The notes under the pieces: model-generated | What the model saw: only the letters and a program-made list of their open reading frames with translations | Told to the model about the DNA's origin: nothing | Database searches by the model: none | Part shown: piece after piece, positions 1 to 10,875 of the stretch | Layout of the letters: each line of letters begins with the position of its first letter | Numbering within the stretch: position 1 is the stretch's first letter | Made by a program: the position numbers and the translations under genes | Virus record (IMG/VR): IMGVR_UViG_2718218131_000005 | DNA: 39,971 nt | Source of the DNA: a virus | Taxonomy: Duplodnaviria > Heunggongvirae > Uroviricota > Caudoviricetes | Reading direction: 5' to 3' (one strand)

Positions 1-504
1 TTATTGATAGTGTTTTATGTTCAGATAATGCCCGATGACTTTGTCATGCAGCTCCACCGATTTTGAGAACGACAGCGACTTCCGTCCCAGCCGTGCCAGG
101 TGCTGCCTCAGATTCAGGTTATGCCGCTCAATTCGCTGCGTATATCGCTTGCTGATTACGTGCAGCTTTCCCTTCAGGCGGGATTCATACAGCGGCCAGC
201 CATCCGTCATCCATATCACCACGTCAAAGGGTGACAGCAGGCTCATAAGACGCCCCAGCGTCGCCATAGTGCGTTCACCGAATACGTGCGCAACAACCGT
301 CTTCCGGAGACTGTCATACGCGTAAAACAGCCAGCGCTGGCGCGATTTAGCCCCGACATAGCCCCACTGTTCGTCCATTTCCGCGCAGACGATGACGTCA
401 CTGCCCGGCTGTATGCGCGAGGTTACCGACTGCGGCCTGAGTTTTTTAAGTGACGTAAAATCGTGTTGAGGCCAACGCCCATAATGCGGGCAGTTGCCCG
501 GCAT
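1..504 (-). CDS. insB: IS1 InsB (transposase C-terminal part, normally expressed as InsAB' by -1 frameshift)
   Basis: 167 aa [67 protein letters not shown]...; overlaps insA in the -1 frame. Confidence 0.9.
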
Positions 505-698
505 CCAACGCCATTCATGGCCATATCAATGATTTTCTGGTGCGTACCGGGTTGAGAAGCGGTGTAAGTGAACTGCAGTTGCCATGTTTTACGGCAGTGA
601 GAGCAGAGATAGCGCTGATGTCCGGCGGTGCTTTTGCCGTTACGCACCACCCCGTCAGTAGCTGAACAGGAGGGACAGCTGATAGAAACAGAAGCCAC
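423..698 (-). CDS. insA: IS1 InsA (transposition regulator / N-terminal part of InsAB' transposase)
   Basis: 91 aa [42 protein letters not shown]... matches IS1 InsA as I recall it. Confidence 0.9.
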
Positions 699-753
699 TG
701 GAGCACCTCAAAAACACCATCATACACTAAATCAGTAAGTTGGCAGCATCACC

Positions 754-839
754 GTGATTTTGGCTATTTCTGATGTTCCTTCCGGGGCGGAGTTGTTTGA
801 AATAACGGTTGAGGTATTTCCCTGAATTGTGACAGACAT
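754..839 (-). pseudogene. flxA: 5' fragment of a flxA-like gene, truncated by the IS1 insertion
   Basis: ATG at 839-837 preceded by an AAAGGAGAAATCT ribosome-binding site; encodes MSVTIQGNTSTVISNNSAPEGTSEIAKIT then runs into the IS1 end at 753. Identification as FlxA is from memory of the Qin prophage protein. Confidence 0.4.
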
Positions 840-1041
840 AGATTTCTCCTTTTAAAAAAGCACTATCGGCATGCACAAAAAAATCTTTAATCGTATTTCT
901 TGTGTCATTAATTGTTTGATGTTCAGATTGTTTTCCTAGCGGGCTGGCGCGCCTCAGAAAGTAAAGCTTGTTGACAGGGGTAAACGTTCGGCAATAATTT
1001 TCTGCCGCATGCGGGTGTTGCATAAAACGTGCTACGTTCCT

Positions 1042-1347
1042 TTATCGACAGGTCAGGTCACCGCTCACCCGCCGACGAGAAAGCAACACTGACATGCTAA
1101 AGCAAAAAATAGATGAATAAGTTGAGTTGTGCATATGTAGCCTGACCGTCACAAAGTATATGGTGTCTGTACCAGTAAGATGATGGCCGGACTCTTTAAA
1201 AATGAGCTGACCTGCACAATACAGGATGGACTTAGCAATGGCTGCTCCTGGCACAAAGCGGACAGTGATCACCGTTCTTACGACTACTTTCTGACTTCCT
1301 TCGTGACTTGCCCTAAGCATGTTGTAGTGCGATACTTGTAATGACAT
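1042..1347 (-). CDS. ydfV: Hypothetical protein, ydfV-like (divergent from relB)
   Basis: 101 aa ORF in the position and orientation ydfV occupies next to relB in E. coli K-12 Qin; same length as YdfV. Sequence identity not verified. Confidence 0.4.
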   Translation of the reverse strand: MSLQVSHYNMLRASHEGSQKVVVRTVITVRFVPGAAIAKSILYCAGQLIFKESGHHLTGTDTIYFVTVRLHMHNSTYSSIFCFSMSVLLSRRRVSGDLTCR

Positions 1348-1371
1348 TTGTAATTACAAGAGGTGTAAGAC
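1310..1371 (+). promoter_or_regulatory. relBE promoter/operator region containing the relO inverted repeat
   Basis: Perfect inverted repeat CTTGTAAT-N10-ATTACAAG at 1335-1360, immediately upstream of the relB ATG at 1372. Confidence 0.6.
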
Positions 1372-1611
1372 ATGGGTAGCATTAACCTGCGTATTGACGA
1401 TGAACTTAAAGCGCGTTCTTACGCCGCGCTTGAAAAAATGGGTGTAACTCCTTCTGAAGCGCTTCGTCTCATGCTCGAGTATATCGCTGACAATGAACGC
1501 TTGCCGTTCAAACAGACACTCCTGAGTGATGAAGATGCTGAACTTGTGGAGATAGTGAAAGAACGGCTTCGTAATCCTAAGCCAGTACGTGTGACGCTGG
1601 ATGAACTCTGA
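1372..1611 (+). CDS. relB: RelB antitoxin
   Basis: 79 aa MGSINLRIDDELKARSYAALEKMGVTPSEALRLMLEYIADNERLPFKQTLLSDEDAELVEIVKERLRNPKPVRVTLDEL, near-identical to E. coli K-12 RelB as recalled. Confidence 0.95.
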   Translation: MGSINLRIDDELKARSYAALEKMGVTPSEALRLMLEYIADNERLPFKQTLLSDEDAELVEIVKERLRNPKPVRVTLDEL

Positions 1612-1898
1612 TGGCGTATTTTCTGGATTTTGACGAGCGGGCACTAAAGGAATGGCGAAAGCTGGGCTCGACGGTACGTGAACAGTTGAAAAAGAAGCTG
1701 GTTGAAGTACTTGAGTCACCCCGGATTGAAGCAAACAAGCTCCGTGGTATGCCTGATTGTTACAAGATTAAGCTCCGGTCTTCAGGCTATCGCCTTGTAT
1801 ACCAGGTTATAGACGAGAAAGTTGTCGTTTTCGTGATTTCTGTTGGGAAAAGAGAACGCTCGGAAGTATATAGCGAGGCGGTCAAACGCATTCTCTGA
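1611..1898 (+). CDS. relE: RelE mRNA interferase toxin
   Basis: 95 aa MAYFLDFDERALKEWRKLGSTVREQLKKKLVEVLESPRIEANKLRGMPDCYKIKLRSSGYRLVYQVIDEKVVVFVISVGKRERSEVYSEAVKRIL; start overlaps relB stop (TGATG). Confidence 0.95.
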   Translation: MAYFLDFDERALKEWRKLGSTVREQLKKKLVEVLESPRIEANKLRGMPDCYKIKLRSSGYRLVYQVIDEKVVVFVISVGKRERSEVYSEAVKRIL

Positions 1899-1969
1899 AC
1901 CAAAGCATGACATCTCTGTTTCGCACCGAAGGTGACACTTCTGCTTTGCGTTGACAGGAGAAGCAGGCT

Positions 1970-2125
1970 ATGAAGCAGCAAAAGGCGATGTTAGTCGCAC
2001 TGATTGTCATCTGTTTAACCGTCATAGTGACGGCACTGGTAACGAGGAAAGACCTCTGCGAGGTGCGAATCCGAACCGGTCAGACGGAGGTCGCTGTCTT
2101 CACAGCTTACGAACCTGAGGAGTAA
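1970..2125 (+). CDS. hokD: Hok-family small membrane toxin (HokD/RelF-like), 51 aa
   Basis: Not in the ORF track (under 60 aa). Translates to MKQQKAMLVALIVICLTVIVTALVTRKDLCEVRIRTGQTEVAVFTAYEPEE, a typical Hok protein with one transmembrane segment. Confidence 0.9.
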   Translation: MKQQKAMLVALIVICLTVIVTALVTRKDLCEVRIRTGQTEVAVFTAYEPEE

Positions 2126-2134
2126 GAGTGACTA

Positions 2135-2156
2135 GGCGAGGGAGAAATCCCTCGCC
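2135..2156 (+). other. Stable stem-loop at the 3' end of the hokD transcript (9 bp perfect stem, GAAA loop), no U-tract
   Basis: GGCGAGGGA-GAAA-TCCCTCGCC directly after the hokD stop; hok-family mRNAs carry 3' stabilising structures. Confidence 0.4.
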
Positions 2157-2593
2157 GCCTCTGATGTGTCAGGCATTCTCAACGCACCCACACTTAACCT
2201 GATTCGGCGAGTTTATTTTATCTGTGAATATTTTTATAAAAATAATGCCCATACACAGCAAAAAACAAAAAGTATTACAGATAAAAAAGGAGCGTAATGT
2301 GCAGATTTGTTGTTTTCCATATTTACTCACCTTAATATGATTAATCCTGATAGGATTGTTATTTCAGCGGTTTTCAAATGAGATATTATGGTGATCTGAC
2401 AAATTTGCATAACATTAAAATTTAATTTGTTTAACCGCTTTTAATAATAAGCGTTGTTTGTATCCCAGCAATCTGTTGTTTGGTTTTTATTCCATTAAGG
2501 TGGGGGCTTTACACTGGAACCAGTTTATTTATACTTTATACGTCAGCCTGAACAACTGGCATCTGCTGCACTGCGCCATCGAGAGATTGAGAA

Positions 2594-5131
<2,538 letters not shown>

Positions 5132-5133
5132 AC

Positions 5134-6021
5134 TCAGGCTGCCAGATCATCGTTTCTGATGGAAGCATAATAAGCTTTTTCTGCTTCTGCCGGAGGGATA
5201 TGACCCAGCCTTCCCAGCAATCGTCGATTGTTATACCAGTCCACCCACGTGAGTGTGGCCAGTTCCACTTCTGCACGGTTTTTCCAGCTCTTACGGTGTA
5301 TTACCTCCGCTTTGTAAAGACCATTGATGCTCTCCGCCATCGCGTTGTCATACGAGTCACCTGTACTCCCTGTTGATGCCAGTAATCCGGCTTCTTTTAG
5401 TCGCTCCGTATAGGCCAGTGATACATACTGAGAACCTTTATCACTGTGATGGACTGTGCCGGACGGCCGACGGGCCCACAACGCCTGCTCCAGTGCATCC
5501 AGCACGAATGTTGTTTCCATGGATGATGAGACCTGCCATCCCACGATGTATCCGGCGAACACATCAATGATGAACGCCACATAAACGAAGCCCTGCCATG
5601 TGCTTACCCAGGTAAAATCAGCCACCCACAACTGGTCTGGACGTTCTGCCACGAACTGACGGTTTACGCGGTCGCATGCGGCAACGGCTTTCCGGCTGAC
5701 GGTAGTGCGGACCTTTTTACCCCGGAGAACACCGGCAAGTCCCATAACTGCCATGAGGCGCGCCACTGTACATCTGGCCACTCTGATACCTTCCCGTAAC
5801 AACTGACGCCAGACTTTACGCACACCGTATACCTGGTGATTTTCATCGTATACGCGCTGTATCTCTTTCTTCAGCCAGTCATCGTGCTGCGCACGGGCAC
5901 TGCGTTTATCCGGATGATGTCGCTGTTGCTGACAGTGGTAATACGTTGACGGGGCAATATGCAGTTCACTGCATACCGGTCCGACCCCGTACTGCTCACG
6001 CAGCTTATCCAGCAGCGGCAT
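5134..6021 (-). CDS. IS3-family transposase OrfB (DDE catalytic part; normally made as an OrfAB fusion by -1 frameshift)
   Basis: 295 aa with an integrase-core DDE region; -1 frame relative to orfA, overlapping the A-rich end of orfA. Confidence 0.85.
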   Translation of the reverse strand: MPLLDKLREQYGVGPVCSELHIAPSTYYHCQQQRHHPDKRSARAQHDDWLKKEIQRVYDENHQVYGVRKVWRQLLREGIRVARCTVARLMAVMGLAGVLRGKKVRTTVSRKAVAACDRVNRQFVAERPDQLWVADFTWVSTWQGFVYVAFIIDVFAGYIVGWQVSSSMETTFVLDALEQALWARRPSGTVHHSDKGSQYVSLAYTERLKEAGLLASTGSTGDSYDNAMAESINGLYKAEVIHRKSWKNRAEVELATLTWVDWYNNRRLLGRLGHIPPAEAEKAYYASIRNDDLAA

Positions 6022-6347
6022 TATTTTTTCCAGAGGCGGTCGAACTCCGCCTTCGCAAAATAAGCGGAAGCCTGGCGAAGGATATCGTTACTGCGGCGCA
6101 GTTCACGATTTTCACGTTCCAGCTCTTTCAGACGCTGACGTTCAGCGGTGGTGAGTCCACCATCACCACTCCCGGTATCCCGCTCATGCTGACGAACCCA
6201 CACACGCAGAGTCTCTGGTGTACAGCCAATCTTTGGGGCAATGGAACAAATTGCCGCCCATTGTGAGTCATATTCGCCCTGACTTTCCAGAACCATACGA
6301 ACTGCCCGTTGACGGACCTCGGGGGAAAAACGTGTATTTTTAGTCAT
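6021..6347 (-). CDS. IS3-family transposase OrfA (helix-turn-helix / leucine zipper part)
   Basis: 108 aa [57 protein letters not shown]..., matching IS629-group OrfA as recalled. Confidence 0.85.
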   Translation of the reverse strand: MTKNTRFSPEVRQRAVRMVLESQGEYDSQWAAICSIAPKIGCTPETLRVWVRQHERDTGSGDGGLTTAERQRLKELERENRELRRSNDILRQASAYFAKAEFDRLWKK

Positions 6348-6401
6348 CCTGTTTACCTCTTTCTCAGGGAGTTTAGTCTCCAGGATTCCCGGGGCGGTTC
6401 A

Positions 6402-6496
<95 letters not shown>

Positions 6497-6751
6497 GATG
6501 TGCCAGATCAGAATCCCTGGCTACTGCAATCACAATCCCGAAACCTCTGTGCTGGCGCATTACAGGCTGGCGGGGACGTGCGGAACAGCGACAAAACCAC
6601 ACGATATGCAGGCGGCGATAGCCTGTAGCTCATGCCACGATCTAATCGACGGGCGGGTAAAAACCAGCGATTACACCAAAGAAGAATTGCGCCTGATGCA
6701 TGCTGAAGGGGTTTTTCGCACACAAGAAATCTGGAGAAAGAAAGGTCATTT

Positions 6752-7294
6752 ATGATTTACCCAACGAATACAGGAAAAAGCGGAGAACACCTTCGCCTCA
6801 CCACGCTGGAAAGTGTCTGGATTCAGGGAAAACTACGTATGTGGGGGCGCTGGTCGTATATTGGCGGTGGCAGGTCAGGGAATATGTTCAATCAGTTGTT
6901 GGCATCCAAAAAACTGACGAAAACAGCCATTAATGAAGCCCTGCGCAGAATGAAAAAAGCGGGAATAGAGAAAGCTGAGCTGGAAGCGTTTTTGCGAGAG
7001 ATGATCAACGGCAAGCAAAAGAGCTGGCTGGCGCATTGTACTGATGCAGAGGCGTTATGTATTGATCGAGTCATAAGTGAGGTGCTGGCAGAGCATCCAG
7101 GATTGATTTGCATTCTCCGGCAACGCTATGAAGGGCGGGGGATGACTAAGCGCAAAATGGCTGAATTGCTAAATGATGCACACCCAGAGTGGTGTTTTAG
7201 CACATGCGAAAAACGGATTGCTAATTGGTTAGCTGTTGCTGAGTATGCCCTATATATTCCCATGCGTGAATCATTTGCTGAGAAAATGGCTTGA
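6752..7294 (+). CDS. Putative late-gene antiterminator Q (Q82/Q21-like family)
   Basis: 180 aa; position directly upstream of the late promoter/terminator region and lysis cassette; WGRW motif and cysteine pairs resemble Q-family proteins; start overlaps the ybcO stop (ATGA). Family call is tentative. Confidence 0.5.
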   Translation: MIYPTNTGKSGEHLRLTTLESVWIQGKLRMWGRWSYIGGGRSGNMFNQLLASKKLTKTAINEALRRMKKAGIEKAELEAFLREMINGKQKSWLAHCTDAEALCIDRVISEVLAEHPGLICILRQRYEGRGMTKRKMAELLNDAHPEWCFSTCEKRIANWLAVAEYALYIPMRESFAEKMA

Positions 7295-7340
7295 TTTCTT
7301 ACGTATAAACTGCTTCAATTTTGCTATGCTTCGCAAAGCT
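7291..7340 (+). promoter_or_regulatory. Candidate late promoter (PR'-like) just downstream of Q
   Basis: TTGATT at 7291-7296 and TTCAAT at 7314-7319 with 17 bp spacing; weak match, placed by analogy with lambdoid PR' location. Confidence 0.25.
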
Positions 7341-7374
7341 GTATCGCGAGGCGGATTGCAGACATGGACATCGT

Positions 7375-7401
7375 AAAAAAACCGCTTAATGCGGTTTTTT
7401 T
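7375..7401 (+). terminator. Rho-independent terminator (tR'-like), flanked by A- and T-tracts so potentially bidirectional
   Basis: AAAAAACCGC-TTAAT-GCGGTTTTTTT. Confidence 0.55.
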
Positions 7402-7721
7402 ACGTCAGGAAAGCAGGGGAGAATGCTGCTAGTTGGGCAACTGGTCTTTCTGCTCCAAATTATAACAGAGACCAGTTATAGTTTCGGTGCTGTGTTTTTT
7501 TTACAATATTGTGATAACACATTGCTGGCGGGAGTTTTGATATTTCTTGGCAGGGGCTGATGATGCGTTATCCTGATGTCGTCAACTCATATAAAATGAG
7601 ATGAGAGATCATTGCAGGGTGGTTTGTAATTCGCTGTTTAGCGGGACAATATGTTGTCTGATACAAGACACCCGACGCCTCAGATTACTATAATAAAGAC
7701 GAAGCATCCTTTGTATTGACC

Positions 7722-7747
7722 AACCGCCTGTTTAGGCGGTTCTTTTT
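7722..7747 (+). terminator. Second rho-independent terminator-like hairpin in the Q-to-lysis intergenic region
   Basis: AACCGCC-TGTTTA-GGCGGTT followed by CTTTTT. Confidence 0.45.
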
Positions 7748-8279
7748 GGGCTGGTTTATTGTATGCCAAATGATTATTAAAAAGGTTGTGTTAATAACAA
7801 AATCCGAAATAATATGCCTGCATATTTTTATCTTGCTTATATTCTGCATATTGTGCATAGCAGGCTCATCCCTGCAATCAAAACTGTATGATGAGTATTT
7901 TTTGTTTTCCTTTTTTCCAGTCATCTGATGATGACCTGCTTCTTTTTAATCCGGATCGACATCAGTTTTTTAAGATAATTCCTGCGAGTTATATGCATAA
8001 ATACCACAAACTCCGCATTTTATGTGGTTGGGAGTTGCCGGGCGCGCAGTGAGTTTGCTAAGAAAACTCCTGCATGGTGAATCCCCCTGTGCGGTGGGGT
8101 GATACCATTAACCTTTTCTGTCGCCGACAGGTATCACGAACATTTTGTTCACCGGGAGGCACCCGGCACCATGCACTTCAATAGATTCTCTCCACATTAT
8201 GGATATTCTTTCAGAATATCCCACGCAGACTTTGTGTAAATGTTAACAAATGTGCGTTTTATTTGATCTGATTCGCTGT

Positions 8280-8309
8280 TTGAGCGTCCAAAACAACGGT
8301 ATATATAAT
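8280..8309 (+). promoter_or_regulatory. Candidate sigma-70 promoter for the first TolA-like lipoprotein gene
   Basis: TTGAGC (8280-8285), 18 bp spacer, TATAAT (8304-8309); GAGGAAAAATG ribosome-binding site follows. Confidence 0.35.
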
Positions 8310-8338
8310 CCTTTACTATATGACATATGTGAGGAAAA

Positions 8339-8767
8339 ATGGGTTTTCGTAGCGCATCAATTCTTACGTTGATTATTAGTGGGATTATTATCGGGTGCAC
8401 TGATGCTGTATCGACAAATTATCATGACCGTACATCATATTACTCCGATAAAGCAATAGAGACACAGTATGTGAGTTCATCTGAACGTACTTCTGATGTT
8501 AGTGAGGATATCCGTCTGTATGCCCATCAAATCAAGAGCGCCATCGAAAAACAGTTCGGGGATGCGAGTAAGTATTCAGGAAAAGAGTGTACACTGAGAA
8601 TGCATATGGCCCCGAATGGCCTTCTACTGGAGGTTAAAAGAGAAAGTGGAGACCTCGATTTATGTCGTGAAGCGATGAATGCGATAAAGAATGCTGATAT
8701 ACCTGCCCCCCCTTCGCCGGAAGTATATAAAGTATTTCAAAATGGGGTGCTGGATTTTAAACCCTGA
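8339..8767 (+). CDS. Lipoprotein with a C-terminal domain resembling TolA domain III
   Basis: Signal peptide with lipobox IIGC; the C-terminal 80 aa (YAHQIKSAIEKQFGDASKYSGKECTLRMHMAPNGLLLEVKRESGDLDLCREAMNAIKNADIPAPPSPEVYKVFQNGVLDFKP) align residue-for-residue with the E. coli TolA C-terminus as I recall it. Confidence 0.8.
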   Translation: MGFRSASILTLIISGIIIGCTDAVSTNYHDRTSYYSDKAIETQYVSSSERTSDVSEDIRLYAHQIKSAIEKQFGDASKYSGKECTLRMHMAPNGLLLEVKRESGDLDLCREAMNAIKNADIPAPPSPEVYKVFQNGVLDFKP

Positions 8768-8917
8768 TATTTATTGTTTTGTAATAAACGGTTTCGGCTT
8801 AGGTTTGTTCTGACACAGCTACGGCACTGAGCTAAATTTAGCGGATAGTCAGCTCTGAGCCAGTGGCGGACGTAACAACTACTATTGCTGAGATTTTAAT
8901 GGATTGAGGAGCAAGAA

Positions 8918-9313
8918 GTGGGATTAAAGAAAATCGTTATGTTGACTTTTTGGGTCGGTTTTGTTGCGGGATGCACACCTTTACACCCTTCAGATTGCCA
9001 CAAAACTACTGCTACAGGTAGTTGCAGTTCAGGACGCTGGGATGATCAGGATGAATGGGGGGCGCAAGCGCGGGGAATCAGAGCTGCAATTAATGCCAAA
9101 CTTGATGAGCCGCATAACTGGAAAGGGAAAAAATGCAGGTTGCATATGGAATTCTCTCAGGATGGCACGGCGTTAAAAATATCTACCAGTAACGGTGATA
9201 AAGCCTATTGCGAAGCGATAAAGTCCGCAGCTCATAAAGCCAAATTTCCGGCCTTCAACAATCCGGAAGTCTACAGAGATTTTCAGAAATCTGGCTTTGA
9301 CATGCGAGGTTAG
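8918..9313 (+). CDS. Second, divergent lipoprotein with a TolA domain III-like C-terminus (paralog of 8339-8767)
   Basis: GTG start after a GAGGAG ribosome-binding site; lipobox VAGC; C-terminal KKCRLHMEFSQDGTALKISTSNGDKAYCEAIKSAAHKAKFPAFNNPEVYRDFQKSGFDMRG shares the conserved Cys and EVY/F motifs of the upstream paralog. Confidence 0.75.
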   Translation: MGLKKIVMLTFWVGFVAGCTPLHPSDCHKTTATGSCSSGRWDDQDEWGAQARGIRAAINAKLDEPHNWKGKKCRLHMEFSQDGTALKISTSNGDKAYCEAIKSAAHKAKFPAFNNPEVYRDFQKSGFDMRG

Positions 9314-9438
9314 CTCTTCAATTACTATATCTCATTCATAGCAAACTGACAGATTTGATGATGTTCTATATACGAAACCTGTGATGTCAAGTCTGAGCTA
9401 ATACAAATAAACATAATATCAGAGAAATACATTTTATT

Positions 9439-9461
9439 AGCTCGCTACGGCGAGCTTTTTA
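9439..9461 (+). terminator. Rho-independent terminator closing the lipoprotein island
   Basis: AGCTCGC-TACG-GCGAGCT followed by TTTTTAT. Confidence 0.55.
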
Positions 9462-9564
9462 TATTGCATCGTCTCCAGCATATATATCAATTAAGGCTCT
9501 GATTGATGTGTCTGAAAGCCTACACATAATAACTATGCCATCCGTTCCGTGCGGAGGTGAGGCT

Positions 9565-9780
9565 ATGAAATCCATGGACAAAATTTCAACAGGCATTGCC
9601 TACGGCACCTCCGCAGGCAGTGCTGGCTACTGGTTTTTACAGTTGCTCGATAGAGTAACTCCGTCACAGTGGGCTGCAATCGGTGTGCTGGGTAGTCTGG
9701 TATTTGGCCTGCTGACGTACCTGACAAACCTTTATTTCAAGATTAAAGAAGATAAGCGCAAGGCTGCGAGAGGTGAATAA
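9565..9780 (+). CDS. S: Phage-21-type pinholin (S21-like), dual-start motif MKSM
   Basis: [71 protein letters not shown]; GGAGGTGAGGCT ribosome-binding site before the ATG at 9565. The track ORF start at 9508 is probably too far upstream. Confidence 0.85.
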   Translation: MKSMDKISTGIAYGTSAGSAGYWFLQLLDRVTPSQWAAIGVLGSLVFGLLTYLTNLYFKIKEDKRKAARGE

Positions 9781-10277
9781 TGCCTCCATCATTACGAAAA
9801 GTCGTTGCTGCTGCTATTGGTGGCGGAGCAATTGCTATAGCATCAGTGTTAATCACTGGCCCAAGTGGTAACGATGGTCTGGAAGGTGTCAGCTACATAC
9901 CATACAAAGATATTGTTGGTGTATGGACTGTATGTCACGGGCATACAGGAAAAGACATCATGCTCGGTAAAACGTATACCAAAGCAGAATGCAAAGCCCT
10001 CCTGAATAAAGACCTTGCCACGGTCGCCAGACAAATTAACCCGTACATCAAAGTCGATATACCGGAAACAACGCGCGGCGCTCTTTACTCATTCGTTTAC
10101 AACGTGGGTGCTGGCAATTTCAGAACATCGACGCTTCTTCGCAAAATAAACCAGGGCGATATCAAAGGCGCATGTGATCAGCTACGTCGCTGGACATATG
10201 CTGGCGGTAAGCAATGGAAAGGTCTCATGACTCGTCGTGAGATTGAGCGTGAAATCTGTTTGTGGGGTCAGCAATGA
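9780..10277 (+). CDS. R: SAR (signal-anchor-release) endolysin, phage-21 R-like lysozyme
   Basis: 165 aa with an N-terminal Gly/Ala-rich weakly hydrophobic SAR segment ([20 protein letters not shown]) and a lysozyme-like core; start overlaps the holin stop. Confidence 0.9.
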   Translation: MPPSLRKVVAAAIGGGAIAIASVLITGPSGNDGLEGVSYIPYKDIVGVWTVCHGHTGKDIMLGKTYTKAECKALLNKDLATVARQINPYIKVDIPETTRGALYSFVYNVGAGNFRTSTLLRKINQGDIKGACDQLRRWTYAGGKQWKGLMTRREIEREICLWGQQ

Positions 10278-10738
10278 ACAGAGTAACCGCGATTATCTCC
10301 GCTCTGGTTATCTGCATCGTCGTCTGCCTGTCATGGGGTGTTAATCATTACCGTGATAACGCCATCGCCTACAAAGAACAGCGCGACAAAAATGCCAGAG
10401 AACTGAAGCTGGCGAACGCGGCAATTACTGACATGCAGATGCGTCAGCGTGATGTTGCTGCGCTCGATGCAAAATACACGAAGGAGTTAGCTGATGCGAA
10501 AGCTGAAAATGATGTTCTGCGTGATGATGTTGCCGTTGGTCGTCGTCGGTTGCACATCAAAGCAGTCTGTCAGTCAGTGCGTGAAGCCACCACCGCCTCC
10601 GGCGTGGATAATGCAGCCTCCCCCCGACTGGCAGACACCGCTGAACGGGATTATTTCACCCTCCGGGAACGACTGGTAATGATGCAGGCCCAACTTGAAG
10701 GTGCTCAGCAATACATAACCGAGCAGTGTTTAAAGTAA
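10274..10738 (+). CDS. Rz: Spanin inner-membrane subunit Rz
   Basis: [55 protein letters not shown]..., closely resembles lambda Rz; start overlaps the endolysin stop. Confidence 0.9.
   Translation: MNRVTAIISALVICIVVCLSWGVNHYRDNAIAYKEQRDKNARELKLANAAITDMQMRQRDVAALDAKYTKELADAKAENDVLRDDVAVGRRRLHIKAVCQSVREATTASGVDNAASPRLADTAERDYFTLRERLVMMQAQLEGAQQYITEQCLK
10494..10679 (+). CDS. Rz1: Spanin outer-membrane lipoprotein Rz1, embedded in the +1 frame of Rz
   Basis: [52 protein letters not shown]..., lipobox VVGC and proline-rich region as in lambda Rz1. Confidence 0.85.
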   Translation: MRKLKMMFCVMMLPLVVVGCTSKQSVSQCVKPPPPPAWIMQPPPDWQTPLNGIISPSGNDW

Positions 10739-10875
10739 AATCTTAACTACAATATGATTCATTTTGATGATTGTTTCATAAGGAACAGTGAAGTAAGATC
10801 TAAGAGGAGTTAAATTTTATACAGTATAATCATAATATTGCAGCAAGGTGGTTATAATTGAAAGAATATTTAGAT

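Larger units (their letters stand above)
1..753 (-). mobile_element. IS1 insertion sequence, truncated by the window edge (right end missing about 13 bp); left inverted repeat ends at 753
   Basis: Reverse complement of 731-753 is the IS1 terminal repeat GGTGATGCTGCCAACTTACTGAT; contains canonical insA and insB ORFs. Confidence 0.95.

Noticed and set aside
727-1023. 98 aa ORF on the - strand spanning the IS1 terminus
   Set aside because: Crosses the IS1 inverted repeat and is in a different frame from the flxA-like start with a good ribosome-binding site; most likely a chance ORF.
1787-1981. 64 aa ORF antisense to the relE 3' end and hokD start
   Set aside because: Overlaps two well-supported genes on the opposite strand; no independent support. 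A sok-like antisense RNA here cannot be excluded but I see no clear promoter.
7688-7928. Two mutually overlapping ORFs (78 aa on -, 70 aa on +) in the Q-to-lysis intergenic region
   Set aside because: AT-rich, overlap each other on opposite strands, span a terminator hairpin and lack ribosome-binding sites; more likely non-coding.
7295-8338. Possible tRNA genes between Q and the lysis genes (as in Stx phages)
   Set aside because: I scanned for T-loop-like GGTTCGAATCC/GTTCAAATC motifs and cloverleaf-compatible segments and found none.
8961-9176. 71 aa ORF overlapping the second TolA-like lipoprotein gene in another frame
   Set aside because: Nested inside a gene with strong protein-level support; Arg-rich translation typical of an off-frame.
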